A stretch of DNA of 64,000 nucleotides from Daphnia carinata (lineage: Eukaryota): NCBI RefSeq assembly GCF_022539665.2, contig NC_081331.1, forward strand, positions 4,464,001 to 4,528,000. Direction: 5' to 3'. Position numbers and translations under genes: made by a program. The notes beneath the pieces were generated by a model that saw only the letters and a list, made by a program, of their open reading frames with translations, did not search any database and was not told the origin of the DNA. Positions 13,462-26,876 of this stretch are shown here, one piece after another. Position 1 is the first letter of the stretch, and the number at the start of each line of letters is the position of its first letter.

Positions 13462-15087
13462 CTTTATTGATAAAGTTCCTGCAAATCAACAGAGAAAAAC
13501 GTGTTACTCTTCCTGAAGGGCTATGATGAAAAACTGCCGGTTGCATGTTAAGCTCTCCAGCCATAATGCACTTTAGGTGGAACTCGGCGAATTCCTCCGG
13601 ATAGTCCCGAATTGTTTGAAGACTTCTCGTAGATACTGATTCGTTTACAGCAACCACTCGCCGATACAGCGAATTATACATAAAACCGCAGAGTGCAGAA
13701 GGAAAGAAAATCGGACAGATCTTTAGGTTAGTGAAATGCTACGTTGCGACTTTGCAAATAATAACTTCTTTCGAGCTACGTTTCAACAAGTCTAAGTTAT
13801 TACTTGTATTTAGCGCCTAGTTAAACTAACAGTATTAATTAAAAAATTTATTAAATTTGTAGGAAAGGCAATGCATGAACGCGTTTTTCTGTAAAAAAAA
13901 AAAATAGGTAGAACTGGATACTCCATATTACGAGGCTCACCGACTCTTTCCAGCTGATAGTTCGAACTTTAGCACTGAGGATATACAATGACTTAAGCGC
14001 CACAGTTGTTCAGCGCTCCAACAAATTGGCTACTTAAATTAGGCTATCTACTTGTAACAAAGTTTCGGATTCAGGTGGTGTTGCCGTGTTTTCGCTGGTT
14101 TCATCTTGCCATATCTGTAGATAATAATAAAACCCACGTTCTAACCGTAGATACACTGGTTTATGCGACATTCCCTTTTGATTTTTATGCTTCCTAGTTC
14201 CTACGTCCGGAAACAGACAACAAGTGTGACAAATTGCATCATTAAACGATGATTGGTTCATGAGGGATCCCTTTATATACAATGTTTGAGTTGTAGTCGT
14301 TTTCGCTATACCGCGTCAAATCTAAAATGAGCCATTTTCTTTAAAAAATCGTATGAAAAGACGGATGATTGGGCGATTTCACAGCACTTCAACACCTCTA
14401 GAGGGATAATAAAAAAATCAGAAACGGTTCCTTTATGTACATTTTTGAGGCTTCTTCCTAGTTCTGGCAAAAAAAAAAAAAACACGAATAAGTTTTTACT
14501 ACGAAGGTGTTGGGTAGATGAGCTAAGAAATGGCCAATAGGTATTTAGTTACAAGAAGATCGCAGTTGAGGGCTTTTCTCAGGTGTTTTAATTTAAACTG
14601 CACCATTTATATTTATACTATGTTGTAGAAACGATCCAAGTTTTTTTTGTTCAAAATTGTCAGCGTCAAAGTTCAGCGTTGACGTCCCTCGCAAGTCATC
14701 ATCGTGAAAGAACCATTTAATTTTTTGTTTAACGTTTAAAACTTCCCTAACCTTTCTTACGCTTACAAAGATGGAACATAAAACCCTAAGATACTATAAA
14801 GAGAAATAAAATACTTTTAGCCGAAATGAAATATCCCAAATGAAGCCCTATCTGCAAAGAAATTGTTACCCAATCCATTTTGCCCTTTTTCTATATATGA
14901 TGGTAAGAAGCAAAAAAAGACCTCCTCGGCTTCTTTTTTATTCCACTAAATCCACGTCTATGCTACGCTCAGTGGGTTGTAGTCAACAATATAGAGCTAA
15001 GATAACGCCCGTCTGTTGCCTTTAGTCTTTAATTCGGTTCGGAGGAGCAAAGACGTGCTTTGCAGTCGGTGAATCACTGCTTTCGAG

Positions 15088-17426
15088 ATGGATTCTGAAG
15101 AATGTGATGACGATGTCGCTGCCACTTCCTGTCAAATCCTAATCCAGCGTTTAACCAGAAAAAGCCATAAGCCAGATGTAATCCACGATGACGTGCCGGA
15201 AGCAACTCAGGTAGGGGAAATAATTTTACTTTAGTTAATTTTTTTCTAATAAGTTTTTTTACAATCATTTGGTAAAAGGACAAGCGTCGAAAGATTACCT
15301 TGGCCAACGGGGTAGCTATCATAGTTGGGAGCATCATTGGTTCAGGAATATTTATCTCTCCAAAAGGAGTTCTCATAAATGCTGGATCAACTGGTACAGC
15401 GTTGATAGTTTGGGCGTTGTCTGGTATATTTTCTGCCGGTGGAGCCCTCTGTTATGCGGAACTAGGCACAATCATTTCTCGATCCGGTGGCGATTACGCC
15501 TACATTTTAGAGGCGTTTGGTTCTCTGCCAGCATTTTTGACACTATGGGTTATAACGTTAATCATAAAACCAGCGTCTCAAGCAGTTGTTGCTTTAACTT
15601 TCGCTACCTATATGCTGCAACCAATCTTCGGTGACTGTCCCGTACCTTACTCGGCAGTTCGCCTCCTTGCTGCCTGTTGCCTCTGTAAGTCTAGAGAAAT
15701 ATGTTATAACTCATTCAGTTAACTCAAAAATATTTGATTTGACTCTGTAAGGTCTTCTGTCGGGTATCAGTTGTGCCAGTGTAAGAGGAGCCATGCGCAT
15801 CCAAAACGTTTTCACAGTGGCAAAATTATTGGCACTATTTATCGTCATTGTACTCGGCCTGTTTGAGCTTTTTGCAGGTTTCAAAATTTTTAACAAAGAG
15901 TCTACTTTTGTTTTACCTCTTTATAACGCGTTCGGAAATTGTCAGGAAACACACAGAATCTAACATTCACATCGTTTTCGGAAGATGCACCGCTCGAAAT
16001 AGGAAAATTATCCTTAGCCTTCTATTCGGGTACATGAAAATTAATAAATTTTTAAGCTTTAACGGATTTAATACATCGCTGTTGGTCATAGGCCTATTTG
16101 CTTTTGGTGGCTGGAATTACCTGAATTTCGTAATTGATGAACTGCAAGATCCATACAGGTATGAAGAAATACTGATGATATCAAGAAATTTTGTCAACAT
16201 TAAGTCCAAAGAATCTATACAATTTACAAATGGAAAATTACTCAGAAAAGCCATTACGATGGAGAAAAGCGTGTCTTTTACCAACGAAACCAATTTCTCT
16301 GTTCCATCATTCAGTGGATCAATAGTATTGGGCAAGGAAGAAAGCGCATCCTAAAGTGTAGTGGATTACATTTCCAATGCTGATGCGGTTCTTGTTTGTT
16401 CAGAGTGATACTGACTATTGATTTCTATTTTGTGTACTCTAAGGAACTTGCCTTTAGCTATATTCATAGCAATGCCAATCGTCACGCTCTTTTATGTTTT
16501 GGCCAATTTGAGCTACTTCGTGGTAATTTCACCGGCCGATATCATTGCATCTCATGCCGTCGCCGTGGTATACCATAATGATTTTCGCAGAAAAATGAAA
16601 TTGCTCGACAGCCTGTTTGATAACACCATCTTTGATGAATCCAGACATTCGGAATAAAACTTTACAGCTGGTTGAAATGGGTCATACCTGTGTTCGTCTC
16701 CATCTCAACTTTTGGCAGTTTAAATGGAATCACTTTCACGGCAGCGCGAATTGTTGCAACCGGAGCGAACAACGGCCAGTTTCCAGCTGCTTGCGGATTC
16801 CTTCACCAAGAGTTACTTACACCCATACCAGCTTTGATGTGGGAGGTACGCACCAGCGAAGTTCTATTTATCTAACCTGTGGAGCTGAAGTTTTTAAGAT
16901 AATTTACGTTTTACAGTGCTGTCTGGCTTTGCTATTGCTGCTTTTTCCTGACGTCTTTTCGCTCATCAACTACTTGAGCTTTGCACTATGGTTGGTTTCG
17001 GGTGCAAGTGTGACCGGACTATTATACTTACGTTGGAAACTACCAGACATTGAGCGGCCTATTCGAGTTCCCCTGGTTTTACCTATCACCTTTCTTCTTT
17101 GCTGTGTTTTTCTAGTATTAGTTCCAGCTGTTGTAACGCCTTTTGACACAGGTACATACCCTAAACGTGTGTACAGAAAAATGCAATTAATCTCGATTTT
17201 GAATAACAGGAATAGGAGTGGCCATAGTTTTGGCTGGTGTTCCTGTTCATTTCTTGATCAAGAAAAGCTCATCTTCAACTGTTGTTAAGAAATATTCAGG
17301 TACTCGTACAATCCCTTTGTCTTTAAATTTGGCAATTAAATTAAATTTGCTTCATCCATAGATAAATTCTCCCGCTTCTGCGTCGCTTTACTAAATGTTG
17401 CGCCAATCAATGGGCATTATGCTTAA
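15088..17426 (+). CDS. SLC7 family L-type / y+L amino-acid transporter light chain, multi-exon
   Basis: [71 protein letters not shown]-terminal RPIRVP. Confidence 0.92.
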
Positions 17427-17603
17427 CTATTAGATATGAATAAATGTGAAAGATGCTTACCGTCATATAAGAGGACAGTTTACTTTTGCCAATAAACAAA
17501 AGTGACGAAATCAAGGCTAACTTTATTGTCAACAAAAAGTAATTCGCGACTACAATTGACTGGAATTATCAAAACAAACGTGTCGGTCTAGATTAATCGT
17601 TCA

Positions 17604-20600
17604 CTACTCGGATTGTGGCTGGGTTACAGGTTTCTCGCTCTGTAATAATTTTTAAAAATCTTAGTTACCTCAGAACTTTAACAAATGACACGGGGAATTA
17701 CCGATTTTGGTATAGAATAAGGAAAGCTTTTTCCGACTTTCTCACACTCTGTTTTTAACGCGGACAGTGTAGATTCGTTTAGAAGCGAGAGCTCAACGCC
17801 TCCGCTCAAGGCTTTATCGAGAGTAGCTATTGCTGCATCTAGTTCATTTTTTGACCCTGAAAAGGCAGAAATGGTCTTAGTCTAATGATCTCCACTGAAA
17901 CTTAAAATTTTTAAGTTACGGTGGACATCAATCCATGCGGAATATGCGATGCCTAGGGCTGACGGTTTGACGCTTGATCCAGAGGCAAGCATGTTGATAA
18001 GCGTTTCGGCCAAAGCCACGTCTTGTTGTTGCCTAATGTGGCGGCAAACAGGCTGAAAGCCAATTGCAATAGGAGATGATTTGAGAGTTTCCCAGGTTGA
18101 CTGGGCTTCAGTTAAATTTCCACTATTCAAATGGTAGCACCAAAGAGAATTCACGGGACCATAAACCCCAAGTTTAACATATTCGTTGGCTATTTCTTGG
18201 CCTGTATAGAATAAAAAGTACTGAACACTTTCTTTAATTCCATTCTACCATATTGCACACTCACATTTTGGCAGAACATTGGGGTTCTTTTCTAGTATCC
18301 CTAGTATGCCTCCTCTAGGAAATGTAAGTCTTAATGCCTTTAACTGTTCTTCGTCCAACGTCGCATTAACAGATTTCGCTTTAATGTCGTTCAAAAGAGT
18401 ATCGACGTAAGCTGTCGTGGCAGCGGGATCTTGTGCAATAGCTGAGGCAAGAACGTTTTCGTAGCTTAGGAGACTCTTTCTTTCCTAAAGATTGATAATG
18501 AATGAGTCAAACATACAGGAATTGAAACAAAATAACCTCATACTTACTGGGCTTAAATACTCCCCAACCGTTCGAATTGATTGATGATCACCAGCTGATG
18601 CAAGGGCTTTCATGTAGAATCGGAAGATGCGTGGAAGAGGATATCCACCCGATTTTTCTAGCTCTAAAACAAGCTCGGTAGCAACATCCAGCCGACCTGC
18701 TTTTACAGCCACTTCCACCAAATCGGATTTTTGTCTAACTGAGATATTATCACCTTGGCTTTCCAACCTATAGGAAAAAGTCGAATAACGAGTGCTAGCC
18801 GGAATTGAAAATTTTTACTTACTCTTTCTTTAGCTCAAGAGCAGCAGTTAGGTCGCCATTTTTTATTGCTGTCAAGAACTCCCCTTTCTTGGGAGACTTT
18901 GATTCCGAGATGTCTTTTTTAGGTTTGCTGATGCTAGAAGTTTTCTTTGCGTTTAAGCTGGAGGCGACCGACATGGAAGAATTTGACACTGTCACGTTAT
19001 CCGGTACATCAGGAATTGTAAAGGGGACAGGCTCGTTCTGTTCTTCAAGAAATCTACCCAATTTCTGCAAAAATTCAGGACTTGGTTGAACATCTTCTTC
19101 TTGCATTTGCGTCCATAGGCCAGTGGCACGGGACACATCTTTCGCGTTTATACAAGCTGATAGCATGTATGTGTACATCATGTTCCGATCAATACCATAT
19201 ACATCTTTTGTGATTTTGATCAGGTTCTCAAGTTCTGTGATTCTCTTCTCATCAACATAGCGTTTGCATACCATATCAATACGCGGACCTCGTGCACGAA
19301 GACCAGGAGTCTGGTGAATAATAGGATGATGAAAATTGATATCGTGGATCACTCCCAAGAGTCTCTCGACTTTTTCATTACCTCAAGGACTTTTTTTGCT
19401 TGTCGAACTCGACCGCATTCCAAAAACGCGAACACTAAATCGTAAAGACTGTTCATCTCGCCATGAACTTTAATGCTGGCATCCATAACTTGTTGAAGTC
19501 GCTGGGCATCTTCCGATTCAATCAATCGCGTGGTTAATGTGGATTTCAGAGGAGTGATTCGATATGTTTCAACGCACTGAAGGAAAGTTTTCAATGCACC
19601 TTCAAAATCGTCTCTGTGAATAATTGTTAAAAGTTAGTAGGCTTTTTACCTCATAAAAAAAGATACCGTAGTAAATTTTACCTGCTTAGATGAACCTTGA
19701 TCAGCGGGCCAGCAAGCATGCCAGTAATTTTTAATCCAGATTTTTCTATGACTTCAAACAATTTACGGGTAACTTCGACGTCTCCTTTCGAAGCCGCTAC
19801 GTTCATCAGACGCCAACCGGACATTTCCAAATTGCGAAGATTTTGTTCACTCGTTTCAGACGATGGCTTCAAGCGTTCGAGGACCTTGAATGCATCATCT
19901 ACGCGGTCACCTTTCAGAAAGCTTGTCGCTAAACTAAACAACTTAATAGGTGTCACAACAATATCTGGGTTCTTCGAGTAAAGCGCTGTAAAAATCCCAA
20001 AAGCTTCATCGAAACGTTCATGGTGGGCATAAAGGTCCATGAGCAGAATGTTCAATCCTTCAGAAAAGACGAAATTGCGTGATTCCAATAACTAAAAGAA
20101 CAATCCGAGTCGTAAATACAAAGTTGTCAAAAACAACAAAAAAGAAAAAGAAAAACGGGGAGGTTAGAAAACTACCTTCTTCTCGTTGAGGGCTTCCGTG
20201 AGATTATGCTCTTTAGCGAATTCAACGAACTTTTGAGCTCCTTTAAAAAAATTTTGCCTGTTGGTGGACGGCGGGTAAGCTATAAGTTCTGTAGGCATTA
20301 GCGTCCCGGAACTCAGTTCAACAAGCAGCTGCGCAACTGATTCCGTCATCTCGTCGCCGGCCTGCTCTTGGATGTACTGTACAACGCTATTTGGTACACC
20401 TATTCCGTTTTCGTGCATGGCTTTTAAAAGAGGTTCGACGGCTTCTAATTTGGGTCTTCAAAAAGCAACTATTAGGTCCTCTGAAAACATTATAGTCGAA
20501 CGAATTTTTTACTTGGTAGCACGATCGAAAACTTCCCTCAGAACTGGCCCAGCCAACTCAGCAGCTTGATCTTTACGATCATTTTCCATTTCCGGCGTCT

Positions 20601-22992
20601 GCGGTTGGCGCAGCGTGGATTTCAGAAGTTTTGCCAAAGATGATGCATCTCGGGTTTTCAGGTACGCATCAGCCGCGGCTTGGCGAAAGTGAACGTTGTC
20701 AAAACGGAGGCTGCAAAGTAAAAATGAAGTGAAAAATTTGCTTTCATAAGTAAGCATGTTGCGTTTCCTATCATTTTACTATATCTTTGAAGCAACATCA
20801 ATTGCCGACGCGAAGTCAAGACGATTCAAGCTTTGAACTAATAAAGATATGGCCACAACACTTGGAGGGACTTCCGCGGAACGTAACTTCCGGAGCAGAG
20901 TTTCAACATTGTCGTTTGCCATGTACGGTAGTACACGTTGGCTGATTGTATCTACATTTGGCGTAACCTGTATGGCTGCCATTTGACGGAGAGCGTCTAA
21001 AACTCCCTTTTCACCACCAACTTTTGATTGCGCTGTCTGAAAAAGTACAGAGTGTCATGCAGCAACATGGAAGAACTAAATTTAAAAAATTTTATGATGT
21101 AGTGATTTCCTCACCAACAGCGGCCAGAAAGCTTGGGGTCGGAGCATTTCTTTTTGTTTTTGAATTTGCTTAAGAAGAAGATTTGAGATTTCTGACTTCT
21201 TGAATGCGTTAGAAATCTCAAGGGCTTTGAAAAACGCTCTGTTGTTTAGGCCAGAGTCCACCAGATGTTGACAGAAAGAGATAACCTTCTCAGGTGGACA
21301 GTTCGATTTGATGATTTGACGAATAAAAAAATTCCCGGTTGCAGACATCTGCAAATAAACATTGCTTAGGTTGAATCTTAAATACTGTCAACTTGGTTAT
21401 TCCACTAGTTGGGAGTTACTATGACAATCAATGTTTGATTTTGCACCTATACTAGTTTTTGTACCATCTTATTATTACAGTGTGATTTAAAGTTTAGACT
21501 AATATTAGATTACAACAAAAAAGTAAGAATATCATTAAAGCATACTTGACCATCAGCTAGCTGAACAGGTTTCATGCTTTGAAGGACTCTAAAAGCCTGG
21601 TCTTCTTGTTGATGATTGACTAAACGAAGAATTATGTTGAAACAATCTTGATTATAGCCGGCAGATTTGTTCATCAGATTCAACATGTTATCAACAACTG
21701 TGGGGTGATTGTGAATCGCTGCGGTGTATAATACTTCTAGCAAATCCCTGTCATGGAGTGTGATTTCCTTGTTTTTACATTCATCTATGCATATGAATAT
21801 AAAACAGATTTAAATAAGGATCTCATTCAATAGTTTTCTATTAAATTACTTATGGTGGAAGAAATGTCCTGTAATAGGCCGTGTTTAGCGTAGCCGCAGA
21901 GTAACGTACGGTACGTCTCACTGTCAGGTTCTAAACCAGCTTGGGTCATCACTTTGATAACACCCCTAGCGCTTTCCAGATCTCTGTTACATAACATAAT
22001 AAACAAAGTAATGTAAATTCAAATAAATACTTATTTTATTGGTAGTGCTTAGTAGTTTACCCTGTGTTGGCATGGCCCATAACAAGTGAATTGAATACTA
22101 GCTCTCCAATGGGGAGATCTTTGCTTTTCATTATTTCCAAAATTTGTGAAGCACCATCAATATCACCTTTCTGGCAATAGGCTGACAAAAGCCTCTGGTA
22201 AGTTACCTAAAAGAAATGTACAAATAGAAATGGAAATGTATCGCTGAAGATAAAGGTTACTCTGTTAGGTATAATATTTTGCTCCTCCAGCTTCTGTAAG
22301 AACTTCATGGGGTTAAATGAGTGCTCATTTTCTAAATACACACGCAGAAGGGCATTATAGTGACTAATGTCAAGAGAAACATTGTATCCCTGTAACATTT
22401 TCCAGACTTCTTGAACCAATTTTGTTCTTGAAGTTGGTGGTTCCTCAGGAACCAAGCTACCACAACATCGTATAAGCAGTAAGCTTTGAGTAGTTGAAGC
22501 AGTTTCTAAAAATATGAATAAACAGAGCATGTAATTTTTCTACTATTCAACAAAATATAAAGAGGCAGCATACTCTGTTGTTTTATCTTTTCAATGATAT
22601 TCAGAATATCATCCTTTGTGATACGGCCAACTTTTTTAGCATCTGACTCAGCTTTTTCAATAGCCCTGTCAATAACACCATGATCTGTTGATATTAGTGG
22701 CTGCTGAACAGTAGTATCACTTAAGTTCTTCAGTGGTAATTGGGCAGCTGACAGAGATCTGGGGAAAACACAATAGGATAAAACAACTTAAAACTGTTAT
22801 GTCACGTGGGTTACCGGCAGATAGAAACCGGTGTTACGATGGTACGGCTACAAACCTGTGTATGGTAATTTCCCATTCACCTCTACGTGCACGAGCCAGT
22901 GATTCATTTCTACCACCATTATTTATATCGAAACTTCTTGTTAAGTTTGAGAATAACCGGAAAAATTTTCCAGAACGTAACAACGAAGCCAT
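17604..22992 (-). CDS. LRPPRC: Leucine-rich PPR motif-containing protein, mitochondrial (LRPPRC/bsf-like), many exons
   Basis: Arg/Ser-rich mitochondrial presequence [49 protein letters not shown]-type helices, [32 protein letters not shown]. Confidence 0.92.
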
Positions 22993-23479
22993 TTTCGCAA
23001 GTTGGTGGTCAATTTAAGGGATTTGGAATCACGTAGTGACAAACTGCGGTAAAATGATTGCGGGAAAGTAATATTCGGGTGTTTCTAAACAACCTTTTCA
23101 TGGCCATATTATGCCGGAAAACAGCCGTGATGTAAAAACTTTTACAAGTCATACCTTCAACGGAAAATAAACAAGATATTCAATATATTTTGAAAATCCT
23201 GAATACTCAGCGTGTGGATTACAATACAGGAAAAGGTAAATCCAGTTTACAATTTATTTAGATCTTCTTAGATATTTTACCACCAAATCATACGCTAAAT
23301 ACATCACAGAGTTGATAACTTCATCATGAAAAATTACCAGTAAGACTGGGCAACATTTTCATTAGAGGGCATCGTATCTACATTCGATTGTTAAGCAAGA
23401 AGACAAATGAACCGTAGTTTCAATTCATTATGATCGAAAATTTATTGATAAAGGAATTGGGAATTATACTTTAAATAGA

Positions 23480-25103
23480 TCAAGCAAAAAAGATGGCGAA
23501 TATTACTATGAAGATAAAGACCACTCCAAAGACTTTCAACATCAGCCATCTGTTTGAAGAGACTGAACGAAAGTAACGCAATAGCTCATCATGGGCGGCT
23601 TCCACGTTGAGTTGCGCATCGTCAACATTCGAGTCGATTCTAACAGAAGACATTGAAATAATTTGTTTATAAATTTTTAACATCAAATGAAGAAAAGATA
23701 AGTACCTCTGAACCATTTCTTCCTGTTCGCGGACCATAAGTGCCAATTGTTGGAAAATTCCGCCCAATTCCACGATAGTGGATTCTATACTTTGTACGGC
23801 ATCAGATCTACTTTGCAGGTAAGACTCGGTTTCGTCGGCGAACACTTGCTGCTGAACTTGAGTCCTAGTACCTCTGTGATCGGCCGTACCCATATCGATA
23901 GCTACTGCTTCTCCTCCGTGAGCCTGACACGCATCCCGAAGTAGTACCGATCCTTTGGAACCATTTTGAGAGGACCCAAATGGGCCTCCAGTCAATGCTG
24001 CGGCAGGTAGATCTGACACAACTGGGGCGGTGCCAGAAAATTGTTCTCGTCGAGTTCTCTGGGCTTTAAGATTCTGAAATATTCAATAAATTATTGGCAT
24101 TACGCAAGGGTTTAGCGATAAGTGTCTGGTCATTTTGGAAATATTTTCTCAATTTATCCATTTATAGCCTGAATTTTAATTTGTGTTGCGATCTAGTTTA
24201 AATATATACCTCCGTGCGGACTTCAAGAACTTGTTTAAATTCCGATGACATATTTGCCAGCTTTGATTGAAGAGCTACAACAACATTAGCTGAGTGTGCC
24301 TTGGTGTTTTGTTGTTGATTTTGCTGCTTTTTCATGAAACCTTGCAGATGGGCAATTTGTTTGTTAAGATTTGTGATGTCCTCGCGAATGATGTAAGTAA
24401 GTTCTTGAATCTCTTGAGGGCGATCATCAAATAGTGTTCTCTTTTTTGCCACTATTAATAAAAATATGTATACAATTTGGTCAATGAACAATGGAAATGT
24501 GGAACAAAGCAAGTTACATAATGTTAGTTTTTCTAGCTTGGCATAGGTGTTGCTTAGGTCCTTGCTAATGACCCTATGGACAGATAAACAAACTCAATTG
24601 TATAAGGAAAATAATGACAAAAAGCAAATGTGTTTTTAAAATGTAGACACTTACTTAGCCACTTTCATGAATTCAGAATACTGCTGATGTTGTTGATCAT
24701 TATTTCGAGACAGCTGTTGATGATTTGGTTTTCCAATTACTCCATTTGCTGGTCTATTCTGGAAACTCCTGACTGCAGAAAGGAATTCTGCAGTTCGGTC
24801 ACGAGACGAGGCATTGGTGGAAGAAAGTAATGCTGAACTGGAATTAGCTGCTAGGGCCATCATATCAGTACTATTTGTTTTTGTTTGAACATCTAATGAT
24901 CTATTGGCTGAAAAATTTGGTGCAGCAAATGCACCTATTTCACCCTGTGGAACAATGAAAAACGATGGCTGTTGTTGAGGACTTTCACCCGACCAAAGTA
25001 AAACGGACGAAGGGCCTTTAAGGACTTGGTGTTGTAACTCAGGTTCAGCAAAATGCTGCTGATGCTCCGATTCAGAGCCTTGCCGACGACGTCGCGTAAT
25101 CAT
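23480..25103 (-). CDS. STX5: Syntaxin-5 (Golgi Qa-SNARE)
   Basis: RDRTAEF Sly1-binding motif, LFDDRPQEIQELTYII, SNARE motif IESTIVELGGIFQQLA..VREQEEMVQRID, C-terminal TM after SSNRWLMLK. Confidence 0.96.
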
Positions 25104-26144
25104 CCGTTAAAATATATTCTTCTAGAACTCATCCAGTTTCGTCTTTATAATCCAAGGAAACAGAAAACCAATTCATTTACTATCAAAGAAATTATCCCAA
25201 CGTCACGCCACGTCATTCACGGAGGATGCAGACGAAAACAAAACCAAATATTAATCCCAGCGTTGCAAAGTTTCGGAGTTGACTTAGCACACTTGTTCCT
25301 GAATGTTTTGATTGTTCTGATTTTGTTTGATGTTGGCCACTGTCTATTTAAAATTTCATTTTTTTCTCGTCTTTCATCTCTCGTGAGCTTTTGTTTTTGA
25401 CAGGGAGGTTTTTGAATAGTTACGGGCTAAACCTGTAGCGTCCCCGTACTGTGTAGATTGTGTCGTAAAAACCGGTCACATTATTAGGCAGTAGTAACTT
25501 GTAAATCTGTAATAAGAAGCGCAGAATACTGCAGAGAGCTGGAATAAGAAATCGCTGAAATATTTTCTTGTGAAATAACACTAGAACTGCCTACGTGATT
25601 CCAAATTTAAGAAAACTAACGGCTTTTTCCAGATCTTTCTTTCTTTTTTATTTTATTTTTTACCATTTCCAAGCAGGTTTTTCCTTGGATGCTTGTCATT
25701 GCCAATGTCATTTTTTTTTAAATAAAGAGGCGTAGTTGGCAAAAAACGTAAGATAAAACCGATTCACCATTTCGGAATTAGACATGTATCCTTAGGAGAT
25801 TACATGTCAAGAAAGTATTTTGTATTTTTAACTGGCTTATAAGTTATAACCAATGAACTTTAAATTTATATACATTACTCGATAAATATTAAAAATCTGC
25901 TTTCACTTCCAAAAAGCAAAGGAAAAAAGAAATATACTTTAGCCTTTAGTTACTTTGTTAAAGTTGAGTAAAAAACAACAATCCGTCGACATTTACTGCC
26001 GATCATATTTATTAAATAACATTGCGAAGTTAAAAAAATTAGGTTTTCAGAAATAGAAGATTAACAGACAACCTGATGGGTTTTCCAATAGACAATGTAG
26101 CCTGGCTAGTATACGTGCGCAGGTCAAATATTATTAAAAAGCGC

Positions 26145-26876
26145 TTAAGCAGACATAGCTGCGCGTTTGGTGGTAGCGGCCGTGGGTTTAGCCGTACTCA
26201 TCCCTACCCCTCCGCTGGTCGTGGTACCGGGTTTCGTGGTAGTGCTGGTACGTCTGGCCGTCGTTGCCGGACGCCTGGTGGCCGAGGTAGTACGCCTAGC
26301 TGTTGTGGGTGAACGCCTTGTTGTTGAACTGCCTGCCCGTTTGACAGTTGTGGTCCTCGGTTTGGTAGTTGTTACCCCTCTTTGGGTGGTAGCGCCTGGA
26401 CGTCTCGTGGTGCTGCCTGAGCGTCTGGTGGTACTAGCTGGTCGTCTGGTGGTACTAGCTAGTCGTCTAGTAGTACTAACTGCCCGTCTAGTGGTGGATG
26501 CTCCGGGTTTAGCAGTGGTTACCACACGTTTCGTTGTGGAAGCTCCAGGTTTGGCTGTAGTGCTAGAGCTGGACTGGGAATTCACCACCGCGACGACAGC
26601 TATCAAAACAATTAAGCTTACCTGGCAAACAAACTCTTGATTAGCATATACTTTAATAACAAAATACGTAACAAGAGTCAGGTCTGAATATGTGTACTGG
26701 AATCGTGAATTTTTGTGATCCCATAAGGAACACAAGATCGTTAGTGTAACTTGGGCTGTCCTTAACTTCCCATCTTATAAATACACGGTTGTATCCTACT
26801 AGCCTTAAGTATAATTTCTCGATTGCACGCTGCATACGTAGTAAACAAAAATAGAGGCTCTTACCAAGTGCTTCAT
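26145..26876 (-). CDS. Small secreted Thr/Arg-rich repeat (mucin/glue-like) protein, two exons
   Basis: Exon 1 MKHL plus GTAAG donor; exon 2 (from ~26621) completes signal peptide VSLIVLIAVVAVVNS, followed by ~7-aa (S/A/T)TTRR(P) and TTAKPG repeats. Confidence 0.75.

Noticed and set aside
16139..16443. Open frame continuing ~70 codons into a long SLC7 intron
   Set aside because: No similarity to transporter helices; plausible by chance, and normal splicing restores DPY/RNLP
26167..26640. 157-aa Val-rich plus-strand ORF
   Set aside because: Antisense mirror of the Thr-rich repeat gene
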